A stretch of 64,000 nucleotides of DNA, taken from an uncultured Actinomycetes bacterium. GTDB taxonomy: Bacteria; Actinomycetota; Actinomycetes; Nanopelagicales; Nanopelagicaceae. The notes under the pieces are model-generated. The model did no database searches. It saw nothing but the letters and a program-made list of their open reading frames with translations, and was not told the origin of the DNA. The position numbers and the translations under genes are program-made. The first letter of the stretch is position 1. Every line of letters begins with the position of its first letter. The stretch lies in the NCBI GenBank assembly GCA_903863015.1, contig CAIPAI010000043.1, positions 5,634-69,633 on the forward strand. The letters run 5' to 3'. This document shows positions 36,500-46,037 of this stretch, piece after piece.

Positions 36500-37042
36500 T
36501 TAAGCAGTGGGTTCTTCAGCAGCGGCGGCAGGTGCAGCAGCTTCTGCCACTGGTGCCTCAGTTGCTGGCGCTTCTGCAGGCACTGCTTCGTGCACGACAG
36601 GAGTCTCCACTACGGCCTCTTCCACTACAGCCACTTCCACTACCGGGGCGGCAACCACTGGTGTCTCGATCACGGTTTCTTCAATGAAGAGACCATCTTG
36701 ACCACGACGTTCGCGGATCTTGGCAGCCTTGCCGCGAAGATCGCGGAGGTAGTAAAGCTTCGCGCGACGAACATCGCCACGACGAACAATTTCAAACTTC
36801 TCAATGACTGGGGTGTGCACTGGGAAAGTGCGCTCTACGCCCACGCCGTAAGAGACCTTGCGAATGGTGAAGGTTTCGCGAGCGCCAGAACCTGAGCGAC
36901 GGATGATGACGCCTTGGAAGACCTGGATACGGCTCTTGCTACCTTCGATAACGCGCACGTGAACCTTGAGTTCATCGCCCGAGCGAAATGCCGGGATGCC
37001 AGAACGGAGGGTGGCGGAGTCAACCGCGTCGAGTACGTGCAT
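36500..37042 (-). CDS. rplS: 50S ribosomal protein L19 with a ~65-residue acidic Val/Ala/Pro/Glu-rich C-terminal extension
   Basis: 180 aa. The canonical L19 core runs up to ...AAKIRERR. It is followed by [67 protein letters not shown]. Confidence 0.95.
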   Translation of the reverse strand: MHVLDAVDSATLRSGIPAFRSGDELKVHVRVIEGSKSRIQVFQGVIIRRSGSGARETFTIRKVSYGVGVERTFPVHTPVIEKFEIVRRGDVRRAKLYYLRDLRGKAAKIRERRGQDGLFIEETVIETPVVAAPVVEVAVVEEAVVETPVVHEAVPAEAPATEAPVAEAAAPAAAAEEPTA

Positions 37043-37158
37043 GATCGGTCCTTACTTCGAAATGAGGCGCTCGGGACGATTCCCCCGGAGCCCGCTTAGT
37101 CTGCCACAGACCCTCGCGTACCCCACAATCGGGGTGTTTTACCCTCCCCGATCAGGGC

Positions 37159-37863
37159 CTAGGGAAGAAGTTCTGGCCGGACTGCCCGGGTGCGCTCGAG
37201 CGCCTGGGCGGCGCGCCACTGCGCGATCTTGCCGTGGTGGCCCTCTCGCAGCAGGGCAGGAACGTCCAGCCCCCGCCACGTCGCTGGCTTTGTATAGGAC
37301 GGAGCTTCGAGCAGGCCGTTATCCCCATGGGACTCTTCGGCGAGGGAATCAGGGTTCCCAATGACCCCTGGAAGGAGACGGGCTACGGCTTCGATGATCG
37401 CCATGGCGGCCACTTCCCCACCGTTGAGCACATAATCCCCGAGGGAGAGCTCGAGAACTTCGGCAATCTCTGGACGGGTAGCGAAGTGCTCGCCTACCCG
37501 GGCATCGATTCCTTCGTATCGACCACAGGCGAAAATGAGCCACTCCGTTGATGCGAGCGCCTCTGCCCGGCGTTGATGGAAGAGCGCTCCAGCGGGGGTA
37601 GTGAAAATCAAGATGGCTCGGGCGCCCGCGCCACCACTTGCGAGGACGGCATCGATGGCCTCGCCCCACGGCTCGGCGAGCATCACCATGCCGGCGCCTC
37701 CGCCGTAAGGAGTGTCATCTACCGTGTGGTGGGCATCGTGCGTGTAATCGCGCAGGTTATGAATTCTGATGTCGAGCACGCTCTTACTTTGCGCTTTACC
37801 CAGCAAGGAGAGCGAAAGTGGTTCCAGGTATTCCGGAAAGATGGAGATAACGTCGATACGCAT
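37159..37863 (-). CDS. trmD: tRNA (guanine37-N1)-methyltransferase
   Basis: 234 aa. N-terminus [12 protein letters not shown]..., plus [13 protein letters not shown]. Confidence 0.95.
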   Translation of the reverse strand: MRIDVISIFPEYLEPLSLSLLGKAQSKSVLDIRIHNLRDYTHDAHHTVDDTPYGGGAGMVMLAEPWGEAIDAVLASGGAGARAILIFTTPAGALFHQRRAEALASTEWLIFACGRYEGIDARVGEHFATRPEIAEVLELSLGDYVLNGGEVAAMAIIEAVARLLPGVIGNPDSLAEESHGDNGLLEAPSYTKPATWRGLDVPALLREGHHGKIAQWRAAQALERTRAVRPELLP

Positions 37864-38369
37864 TACGCCTCCATCATTCCGACGGGCGGAGTGATCACTA
37901 CTCGCCGCGCCTTCGTATCAACAACAGGAACTAATTCGCGAACAAAGGGAATGAGAAGTTCATCTAATCCCTCGCGCTTAATTGCCAACGTATCCTGCGC
38001 GGGCAGATGGAGCACTTCGCGGATAATTCCGACGTGGGTGCCGTCTTCAAGTTCTACACGAGCATCAATCAATTGGTAATCGTGAAAATCATCTTCATCT
38101 TCACCTGGCGCATCAATATCTACCTCAGCGAGCAGGAGCGTGTTACGTAAGCGCTCTACTTGCGTACGATCTTCGAAACCTTCGAATGTGAGCAACATGG
38201 TGCCGGAATGAAAGCGCGCTCGCGCAATCGTGACGAGACCTTGATCTGGCTCAGTAAAGAGTTTCGCACCGACGGCCAGACGTGAATCTGGATCATCGGT
38301 GCGTAGCTCTACTGTTGCTTCTCCTTTGAGACCGTGTGCGCGACCTACGCGCGCGACCACGAGGAGCAT
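37863..38369 (-). CDS. rimM: 16S rRNA processing protein RimM
   Basis: 168 aa. [13 protein letters not shown] at the N-terminus and a PRC-barrel C-terminus. It overlaps the trmD start by 1 nt. Confidence 0.9.
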   Translation of the reverse strand: MLLVVARVGRAHGLKGEATVELRTDDPDSRLAVGAKLFTEPDQGLVTIARARFHSGTMLLTFEGFEDRTQVERLRNTLLLAEVDIDAPGEDEDDFHDYQLIDARVELEDGTHVGIIREVLHLPAQDTLAIKREGLDELLIPFVRELVPVVDTKARRVVITPPVGMMEA

Positions 38370-38379
38370 GGTGCTGGTG

Positions 38380-38631
38380 TTACTCAGGACGCGACTTGCC
38401 GCCGTCCACGTCGACTAAATCGACGCGAACGCTTTCACCGCCGAGTGCGACGATGACGGTGCGAAGGGCCTTAGCAGTACGACCATTTCGTCCAATTACT
38501 CGGCCGAGGTCTTCTGGATGCACGCGAACTTCAAGGGTGCGACCACGACGACCATTGCGATCAGTCACGGTTACATCGTCGGGGTTATCGACGATGCCCT
38601 TTACTAAGTGAGAGAGGGCTTCCTCAATCAC
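38380..38631 (-). CDS. KH-domain RNA-binding protein (UPF0109)
   Basis: 83 aa carrying [15 protein letters not shown] (GxxG KH motif). It lies in the conserved position between rpsP and rimM. Confidence 0.85.
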   Translation of the reverse strand: MIEEALSHLVKGIVDNPDDVTVTDRNGRRGRTLEVRVHPEDLGRVIGRNGRTAKALRTVIVALGGESVRVDLVDVDGGKSRPE

Positions 38632-39200
38632 TCAGCAGCACCTTCTTCGGCAACTGGAGCTGCAGGTGCAGCTTCGGCAACTGGAGCTGCAGGTGCAGCT
38701 TCGGCGACAGGAGCAGCTTCTACCTCTGGAGCATCAGCCACGGGTGCGTCAGCAACTGGTGCCTCGACAACCGCAACTTCTTCAACAGGTGCTTCTGCCT
38801 TCACGGCTTTTGCTTCAAGCTTCTTCTTTGCAGTGGTCGCGCCATCCTTAGGTGCGTTCTCTGCATCTTTTACGGCTGCTTCAAAAGCGGCGCGCTTGTT
38901 GGGCTTTGGTGGTGCAACGCGAAGCGTTCCCTCGGCACCAGGAAGACCCTTGAACTTTTGCCAGTCACCAGTGACCTTGAGGATCGCGATAACGGACTCA
39001 GTAGGTTGCGCACCTGTCTTGAGCCAATGTTGGACGCGCTCGGAGTTAACCTCAATGAGCGATGGCTCTTGAGTGGGCGCGTACTTGCCTACCTCTTCGA
39101 TTGAGAGACCATTGCGAGCCTTGCGGGCGTCAGCAATAACGATGCGGTAGTACGGCGCGCGGATTTTTCCAAGACGCATGAGCTTGATCTTTACGGCCAC
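38628..39200 (-). CDS. rpsP: 30S ribosomal protein S16 with a long Ala/Pro/Val/Glu-rich C-terminal extension
   Basis: 190 aa. The N-terminal core is [31 protein letters not shown]. The tail contains [44 protein letters not shown]. Confidence 0.95.
   Translation of the reverse strand: MAVKIKLMRLGKIRAPYYRIVIADARKARNGLSIEEVGKYAPTQEPSLIEVNSERVQHWLKTGAQPTESVIAILKVTGDWQKFKGLPGAEGTLRVAPPKPNKRAAFEAAVKDAENAPKDGATTAKKKLEAKAVKAEAPVEEVAVVEAPVADAPVADAPEVEAAPVAEAAPAAPVAEAAPAAPVAEEGAAE
38645..38720 (-). repeat. 27-nt tandem repeat (two full copies plus a partial third) inside the rpsP tail
   Basis: The unit cttcggcaactggagctgcaggtgcag occurs at 38645-38671 and again, identical, at 38672-38698. A diverged partial copy follows. 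It encodes the repeated AAPAAPVAE. Confidence 0.85.
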
Positions 39201-39391
39201 GGGGCCTATCTCCTTGAAACTAGGGCGGCACTTGCTTCGCTTCGCCGTGGGGACAGCTCGCTTGCTTCGTACCTAAATGGACATCGCCGGCGAATTGGTG
39301 AGAGGGCCAACTCGAGCGCGTTCGCCCCGTAGTCTGCCATCCGGGCAGGCTCAGCGCGAAATCGCTCTCGGGTCGCCCAGGCGCGCACGCC

Positions 39392-39412
39392 TAAAAATCC
39401 CTTCAAAAAGGG
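39392..39412 (-). terminator. Weak intrinsic-terminator-like hairpin immediately after ffh
   Basis: In minus sense the sequence is TAA-CCCTT-TTTG-AAGGG-ATTTTTA: a 5-bp stem, a 4-nt loop and a U-run. The stem is short, so confidence is low. Confidence 0.35.
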
Positions 39413-40966
39413 TTAGCGCCCCTCTTCGAGCGCCCGTTTTGCCGGGTTTCCGCTCTTGGACTTCTTCTTCTGCGGGCTCTGCTTGCCGCCCCCAAAACCA
39501 CCCCCAAAACCACCACCGAAACCGCCGCCGAAAGTACCTGCCCCCGTCGCCATCCCGGCACCACCCATGCCACCCATGCCACCCATGCCAGCCATGCCAC
39601 CCATGCCAGCCATGCCACCCATACCCGGTGGCATCTTCATGCCGGGTGGCATCTGCGGCATGCCGCCCTTGGCCATTTGGCGCATCATCTTCTGCGCGCC
39701 AGTGAACCGCTCAATAAGCGAGTTCACTTCGCTCACCTTGCGACCCGAGCCCTGCGCGATGCGAGCCCGTCGTGAGCCATTGAGAATTTTGGGGTTCTCA
39801 CGTTCCAGTGGAGTCATCGATTGAATGATGGCCTCAACGCGGACAATTTCGCCGTCATCAATATCGGCGATCTGCTTCTTCATCGCTGCGGCTCCAGGGA
39901 GCATGCCAAGGATCTTGCTCATTGAACCCATTTGCTTAAGGCCCTGCATTTGCTTGAGGAAGTCGGTGAGGGTGAAATCTTGACCCGATGCGAACTTCGC
40001 CTCCATCGCCTCAATTTCATCGCCACCGATGGCGCGCTTGGCTTGTTCTGCAAGAGAGGCGACATCGCCCATACCAAGAATTCGTTGCGCCATGCGCTCT
40101 GGATAGAAGAGATCAAAGTCGGAAAGCTTTTCACCGCTCGAGGCGAACATGATGGGCTTACCAATGACAGACGAAAGTGAAAGCGCTGCGCCACCACGCG
40201 CATCACCATCTAACTTGGTGAGCACTACGCCAGTGAAGCCGACACCATCACGGAATGCTTCTGCAGTAGTGAGCGCATCTTGGCCGATCATGGCATCTAC
40301 TACGAAGAGAATTTCATCTGGATTAATGGCATCCCGGATCTTGCTCGCTTGATTCATCAATTCCGCATCAACACCAAGTCGACCGGCTGTATCAACAATG
40401 ACAATGTCATGAAGTTTGGTGCGCGCATGTTCCACACCGTCACGAGCAACTTTGATCGGATCGCCCACACCGTTACCAGGCTCCGGACTGAAGATCGGAA
40501 CCCCTACTTGCTTGGCAACTTGTGCCAGTTGTTCAACAGCATTCGGACGTTGCAAATCGCAAGCCACCAAAAGCGGAGTATGCCCTTCGCGCTTGAGCCA
40601 CATCGCCAACTTTCCGGCGAGCGTAGTTTTACCGGCACCTTGCAAACCGGCAAGCATGATGACTGTGGGCGGACGTTTTGCCAGCGTGATGCGTCGCGCT
40701 GCGCCACCGAGTACATCTACTAATTCTTCGTAGATGATCGTAATGATTTGTTGGCTCGGGTTAAGACCGGGCGTTACCTGCACTCCAGCAGAACGTTCAC
40801 GTACTTTCTCCACCACGGAGGTGACCACCGAGAGCGCTACGTCTGCTTCTAAGAGAGCTTCACGAATCTCTGTGCACGTCTGCTCAATATCTTTATCGCT
40901 GAGGCGTCCCTTGCCACGAAGGTTGGCAAAGGTCTGCGAGAGGCGATCTGAAAGTGAGTCGAACAC
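39413..40966 (-). CDS. ffh: Signal recognition particle protein Ffh with a Gly/Met- and Gly/Phe-repeat C-terminal tail
   Basis: 517 aa. The NG domain carries GLQGAGKTT and DTAGR. The M domain is followed by PGMKMPPGMGGMAGMGGMAGMGGMGGMGGAGMATGAGTFGGGFGGGFGGGFGGGKQ... Confidence 0.97.
   Translation of the reverse strand: MFDSLSDRLSQTFANLRGKGRLSDKDIEQTCTEIREALLEADVALSVVTSVVEKVRERSAGVQVTPGLNPSQQIITIIYEELVDVLGGAARRITLAKRPPTVIMLAGLQGAGKTTLAGKLAMWLKREGHTPLLVACDLQRPNAVEQLAQVAKQVGVPIFSPEPGNGVGDPIKVARDGVEHARTKLHDIVIVDTAGRLGVDAELMNQASKIRDAINPDEILFVVDAMIGQDALTTAEAFRDGVGFTGVVLTKLDGDARGGAALSLSSVIGKPIMFASSGEKLSDFDLFYPERMAQRILGMGDVASLAEQAKRAIGGDEIEAMEAKFASGQDFTLTDFLKQMQGLKQMGSMSKILGMLPGAAAMKKQIADIDDGEIVRVEAIIQSMTPLERENPKILNGSRRARIAQGSGRKVSEVNSLIERFTGAQKMMRQMAKGGMPQMPPGMKMPPGMGGMAGMGGMAGMGGMGGMGGAGMATGAGTFGGGFGGGFGGGFGGGKQSPQKKKSKSGNPAKRALEEGR
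39488..39625 (-). repeat. Short-period tandem repeats (9/18-nt catgccacc units and 12-nt ccaccnccraaa units) encoding the Ffh GM/GGF tail
   Basis: Visible runs: catgccacccatgccacccatgccagccatgccacccatgccagccatgccaccc and ccccaaaaccacccccaaaaccaccaccgaaaccgccgccgaaa. Confidence 0.8.
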
Positions 40967-40978
40967 GGGTGAAGGTTA

Positions 40979-43270
40979 CTACCGATCGATGAGTGCCTGC
41001 TCGACCCGGCTGACCACCTCATCAGCATGACCCTCCGAGAGGGCGGAGCCGTCCACCTCACGCAGGTAGAGGATGTCGAATGCTTCCGCGCCCAAGGTAG
41101 AGACGATGGCCGCCCGGACATCAACCCCGCTCTCAGTGATCGCGCGTGCCACATCGTGGAGCAATCCCACACGATCATGGCTGCGCACTTCTAAAACAGT
41201 GGCATCGGTTGCCGCATCATGGAGAACGCGCACCACCGGGGCCGGCACATTAATCACGGCATATGCCGCAGCCTTCTTCTTCACTTGTGCCGCGATCTCC
41301 TGCGCATCCTCCAGTGCGCGCATGAGATCCATCCGAAGTCGCTCACCATCGGGAACTCCCCCACCTCGGCCAGGTGCAACTAGCCAATTCATCACCGCAG
41401 AATATCCATGAGTGATGGTGCGAGCAGAGCGCACGTCAAACTTTGCCAACGTCATAACTCCTGCTACGACAGCGAGCAACCCCGCGCTATCTGGCGCGAT
41501 GACTTCAATATCGTAATTAGATTCATTTGCGCGTACGATCACCCGCACTTTTCCTGACGCTGCAGCGTTTACCTGATCCGGTGTTAATGGAGGTGGCGGA
41601 GGAAGTTCTACACCTGCAATGCGATCACGTACTCGGTCTACTAATGACTGAACGAGGCCAGCCTTCCATTTACTCCATCCGGCACTTCCTGTTGCCGTGC
41701 CATCGGCGATTGATAAGGCATGCAGCAGTTCAAGAAAAGCTGCTGCATCTTCTGGCAGTACATCCACGACCGAATCAGTAGTTGCTGGATCGTCTATATC
41801 TCTTCGCGTCGCAAGAATGGGGAGCAATAGATGATGAAGTACAAGTAACGTAATAATCTCAACATCGTGACCATGCCATCCTAAGTCAGTAACAATCTGG
41901 CCCACCATTTCGGCTCCCACGATTGAATGATCACCTTCAAGCCCTTTACCTAAATCGTGCAAAAGCGCTGCGACCAATAAGAGATCAGGGCGATGCACCA
42001 TGCGCGTGAGGGCAGCGGCTTGAACTGCTGTTTCCACCATATGCCGATCAACAGTGTGACGGTGCAACGAGTTTCGCTGTGGCAAGTTACGCAGCCTTGT
42101 CCAACTCGGAATGTAGCGCTCAATTAATCCTGATTGTTCGAGAGCTTCCCAGACCCGCACCATCGCGGGCCCCGCCCCAAGAAAAGTAACGAGTAATTCG
42201 CGCGCCTCTCGCGGCCACGGTTGCGGCATCGGAGGAGCAAATTGAATCAAACGTTGACAAGCAAATGGAGAGAGTGGCAGACCTGATTGCGCCGCGTAAG
42301 CCGCAGCTCGAAGTCCTAGTAACGGATCAGAGTCGACAGGTGCGTCAAATTCGAGAACTACTTCACTTTGAAAGATCGCCACACCATCACCCACCGGTTC
42401 TGGTTTTATGGGACGAGTACGTGTGAGGAAAGTTCGCCGTTTAGTGTTGGCGCTCTGTTCTACTCGATGCCACGTCAACTCACTTGCGTAGTCAATGATT
42501 CGAGCACTCTGCGCTACACGCTTCATCAATTCATCAGCATCCGTAAACTTGAGTACTTCTGCCACTTGATCCTGCTCTTGCATTAATAGAACATCTTTGT
42601 CGCGACCTGAGGCAATGTGCAGAGCATCACGAGTATCGAGTAAGAATTCTTCGGCTTCTGCTAAATGCTCATGGGGCAAATCAGTGATCCACGTAGCTGC
42701 AATTGCACGCATGATCACGACATCTCGAAGACCACCACGCGCTTCCTTCAAGTCTGGTTCTAATAGAAAAGCCAGTTCACCGAATCGGGTAGCTCTCTCT
42801 TGATATGAACTGCGTAGTTCCCTGAGTCGCTCGGCTCCGGCGCCGCGCCACGACTCTTTGCTTCGAGAAGCAAGCTCGACCGTGAGCTCTTCATCACCAG
42901 CAACGTGACGAGCATCGAGTAAACCCAAGGCAACTTTGAGATCCTTCTTTGCCATCTGCAGAGATTCCTCGATAGTGCGCACCGAATGATCAACCACACT
43001 CTTTGAATCCCAAAGTGGGTAGAGAATTCCATCAACGAGTTTCTTGAGTTGATCTTCTCTCAGAGTTCCATCATGGAGGAGCACGAAATCCAGGTCGGAA
43101 CCAGGCGAAAGAGTCGCTCGTCCGTAGCCGCCAACGGCGACGAGCGCGATCCCCGAAGAGGGTGAGTTCGCACTTTGTGAACTCACAAAGAGAGAGGTGA
43201 GTCGCTCATCTGCTTCGGATGCCCGAACCGCACGAGCGCTCGCTCCAATCTCTGCTCCCATATCGGCCAA
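40979..43270 (-). CDS. glnD: PII uridylyl/adenylyl-transferase GlnD
   Basis: 763 aa with a nucleotidyltransferase N-terminus (GGYGR..L.P.SDLD), an HD domain (LLHDLGKG) and two C-terminal ACT domains. Confidence 0.92.
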   Translation of the reverse strand: MADMGAEIGASARAVRASEADERLTSLFVSSQSANSPSSGIALVAVGGYGRATLSPGSDLDFVLLHDGTLREDQLKKLVDGILYPLWDSKSVVDHSVRTIEESLQMAKKDLKVALGLLDARHVAGDEELTVELASRSKESWRGAGAERLRELRSSYQERATRFGELAFLLEPDLKEARGGLRDVVIMRAIAATWITDLPHEHLAEAEEFLLDTRDALHIASGRDKDVLLMQEQDQVAEVLKFTDADELMKRVAQSARIIDYASELTWHRVEQSANTKRRTFLTRTRPIKPEPVGDGVAIFQSEVVLEFDAPVDSDPLLGLRAAAYAAQSGLPLSPFACQRLIQFAPPMPQPWPREARELLVTFLGAGPAMVRVWEALEQSGLIERYIPSWTRLRNLPQRNSLHRHTVDRHMVETAVQAAALTRMVHRPDLLLVAALLHDLGKGLEGDHSIVGAEMVGQIVTDLGWHGHDVEIITLLVLHHLLLPILATRRDIDDPATTDSVVDVLPEDAAAFLELLHALSIADGTATGSAGWSKWKAGLVQSLVDRVRDRIAGVELPPPPPLTPDQVNAAASGKVRVIVRANESNYDIEVIAPDSAGLLAVVAGVMTLAKFDVRSARTITHGYSAVMNWLVAPGRGGGVPDGERLRMDLMRALEDAQEIAAQVKKKAAAYAVINVPAPVVRVLHDAATDATVLEVRSHDRVGLLHDVARAITESGVDVRAAIVSTLGAEAFDILYLREVDGSALSEGHADEVVSRVEQALIDR

Positions 43271-43273
43271 CGC

Positions 43274-44940
<1,667 letters not shown>

Positions 44941-45008
44941 TGGTTCCCCTCTCGCACAATTCCCTGAATTCCTGGTCGCTTCAGTAAGCAGCACTCTCTA
45001 CCGTGCGA

Positions 45009-45066
45009 GTTTCTACGAGGGGCACAAGGGATTTCCAGGAAGTCACAGATTGGGGTGTTGCGTTAC
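45009..45066 (-). promoter_or_regulatory. Candidate GlnR-type boxes upstream of amtB-glnK-glnD
   Basis: Read in minus sense, GTAAC lies at 45066-45062, GTGAC-n6-GAAAT at 45046-45031, and GAAAC at 45013-45009. These resemble the actinobacterial GlnR a-site/b-site pattern gTnAc-n6-GaAAc. The match was made by eye only. Confidence 0.3.
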
Positions 45067-45077
45067 AAGTGTGTGAA

Positions 45078-46037
45078 CTAGGAGAGGATTCCTTCAACAA
45101 AAAGTTCAGCATCAAACGGTGCAAGGTCATCGATACTCTCACCGAGGCCTACAAATTTGACCGGGATTCCCAGTTCGCGCTGAATTGCGATGATGATTCC
45201 ACCTCGTGCGCTGCCGTCGAGTTTCGTCAGGATGACGCCGGTGAGAGCTACCGCTTCGCCAAAGACTTTGGCCTGAGTAAGGCCGTTCTGGCCGGTGGTA
45301 GCGTCAAGCACCAAGAGAATTTCATCGACCTGCGCGCCCTTCTCGACTACTCGGCGCACTTTTCCTAATTCATTCATCAAATCGACTTTGGTATGTAGAC
45401 GACCTGCGGTATCGACCAAGACCAAGTCGGCTCCGCTCTCCTTGGCAGATTTCACTGCGTCGAAGGCAATCGCTGCAGGATCCCCGCCAGCGCCACCAGT
45501 GACAATTTGCGCACCTGCGCGCTCTGCCCACGTTTCTACTTGTTCTGTAGCGGCGGCGCGGAAGGTATCGGCCGCGGCGATGACAACTCGAGCACCTTCT
45601 TCTACCGCCAAATGTGCGAGCTTGCCGACACTGGTGGTCTTACCCGCGCCGTTTACCCCGACTATAAGAAAGACACGCGGCGTGCCATCTTCGCGCTTTG
45701 TTATTTCGACATCTCGGCTCTGCTCGCAAGCTAGGGCATCAAGCAATGTGGCTCTTAGCGCCTCAACTGGTTCATCCTTGCGAGACATGCGCTCTCGCAT
45801 CTCGGCCAGAATCGAACGAGTAGCACTCGTGCCCACATCTGCGCCAAGCAAGGTGGCTTCTAATTCATCCCACTCTGCTTGATCCAATTTCCCTGAGGTG
45901 AAGATGGCGCGCAGGCGACGACCGAACTTCTGCGAAGGCTCTAACTTCTCGCGACGGCGAAAGAGTCGACCAGAACCGTTAAACACTTTCTGATTCAACC
46001 TCGCGCAAACGCTGGGAAATAACTTCGGTAACGCCAT
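45078..46037 (-). CDS. ftsY: Signal recognition particle receptor FtsY
   Basis: The NG domain carries GVNGAGKTT, DTAGR and TKLDG. The ORF-track ATG at 46037 overlaps smc by 59 nt. An in-frame GTG at 45986 (VFNGSGRLF...) overlapping the smc stop is an equally plausible start. Confidence 0.93.
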   Translation of the reverse strand: MALPKLFPSVCARLNQKVFNGSGRLFRRREKLEPSQKFGRRLRAIFTSGKLDQAEWDELEATLLGADVGTSATRSILAEMRERMSRKDEPVEALRATLLDALACEQSRDVEITKREDGTPRVFLIVGVNGAGKTTSVGKLAHLAVEEGARVVIAAADTFRAAATEQVETWAERAGAQIVTGGAGGDPAAIAFDAVKSAKESGADLVLVDTAGRLHTKVDLMNELGKVRRVVEKGAQVDEILLVLDATTGQNGLTQAKVFGEAVALTGVILTKLDGSARGGIIIAIQRELGIPVKFVGLGESIDDLAPFDAELFVEGILS

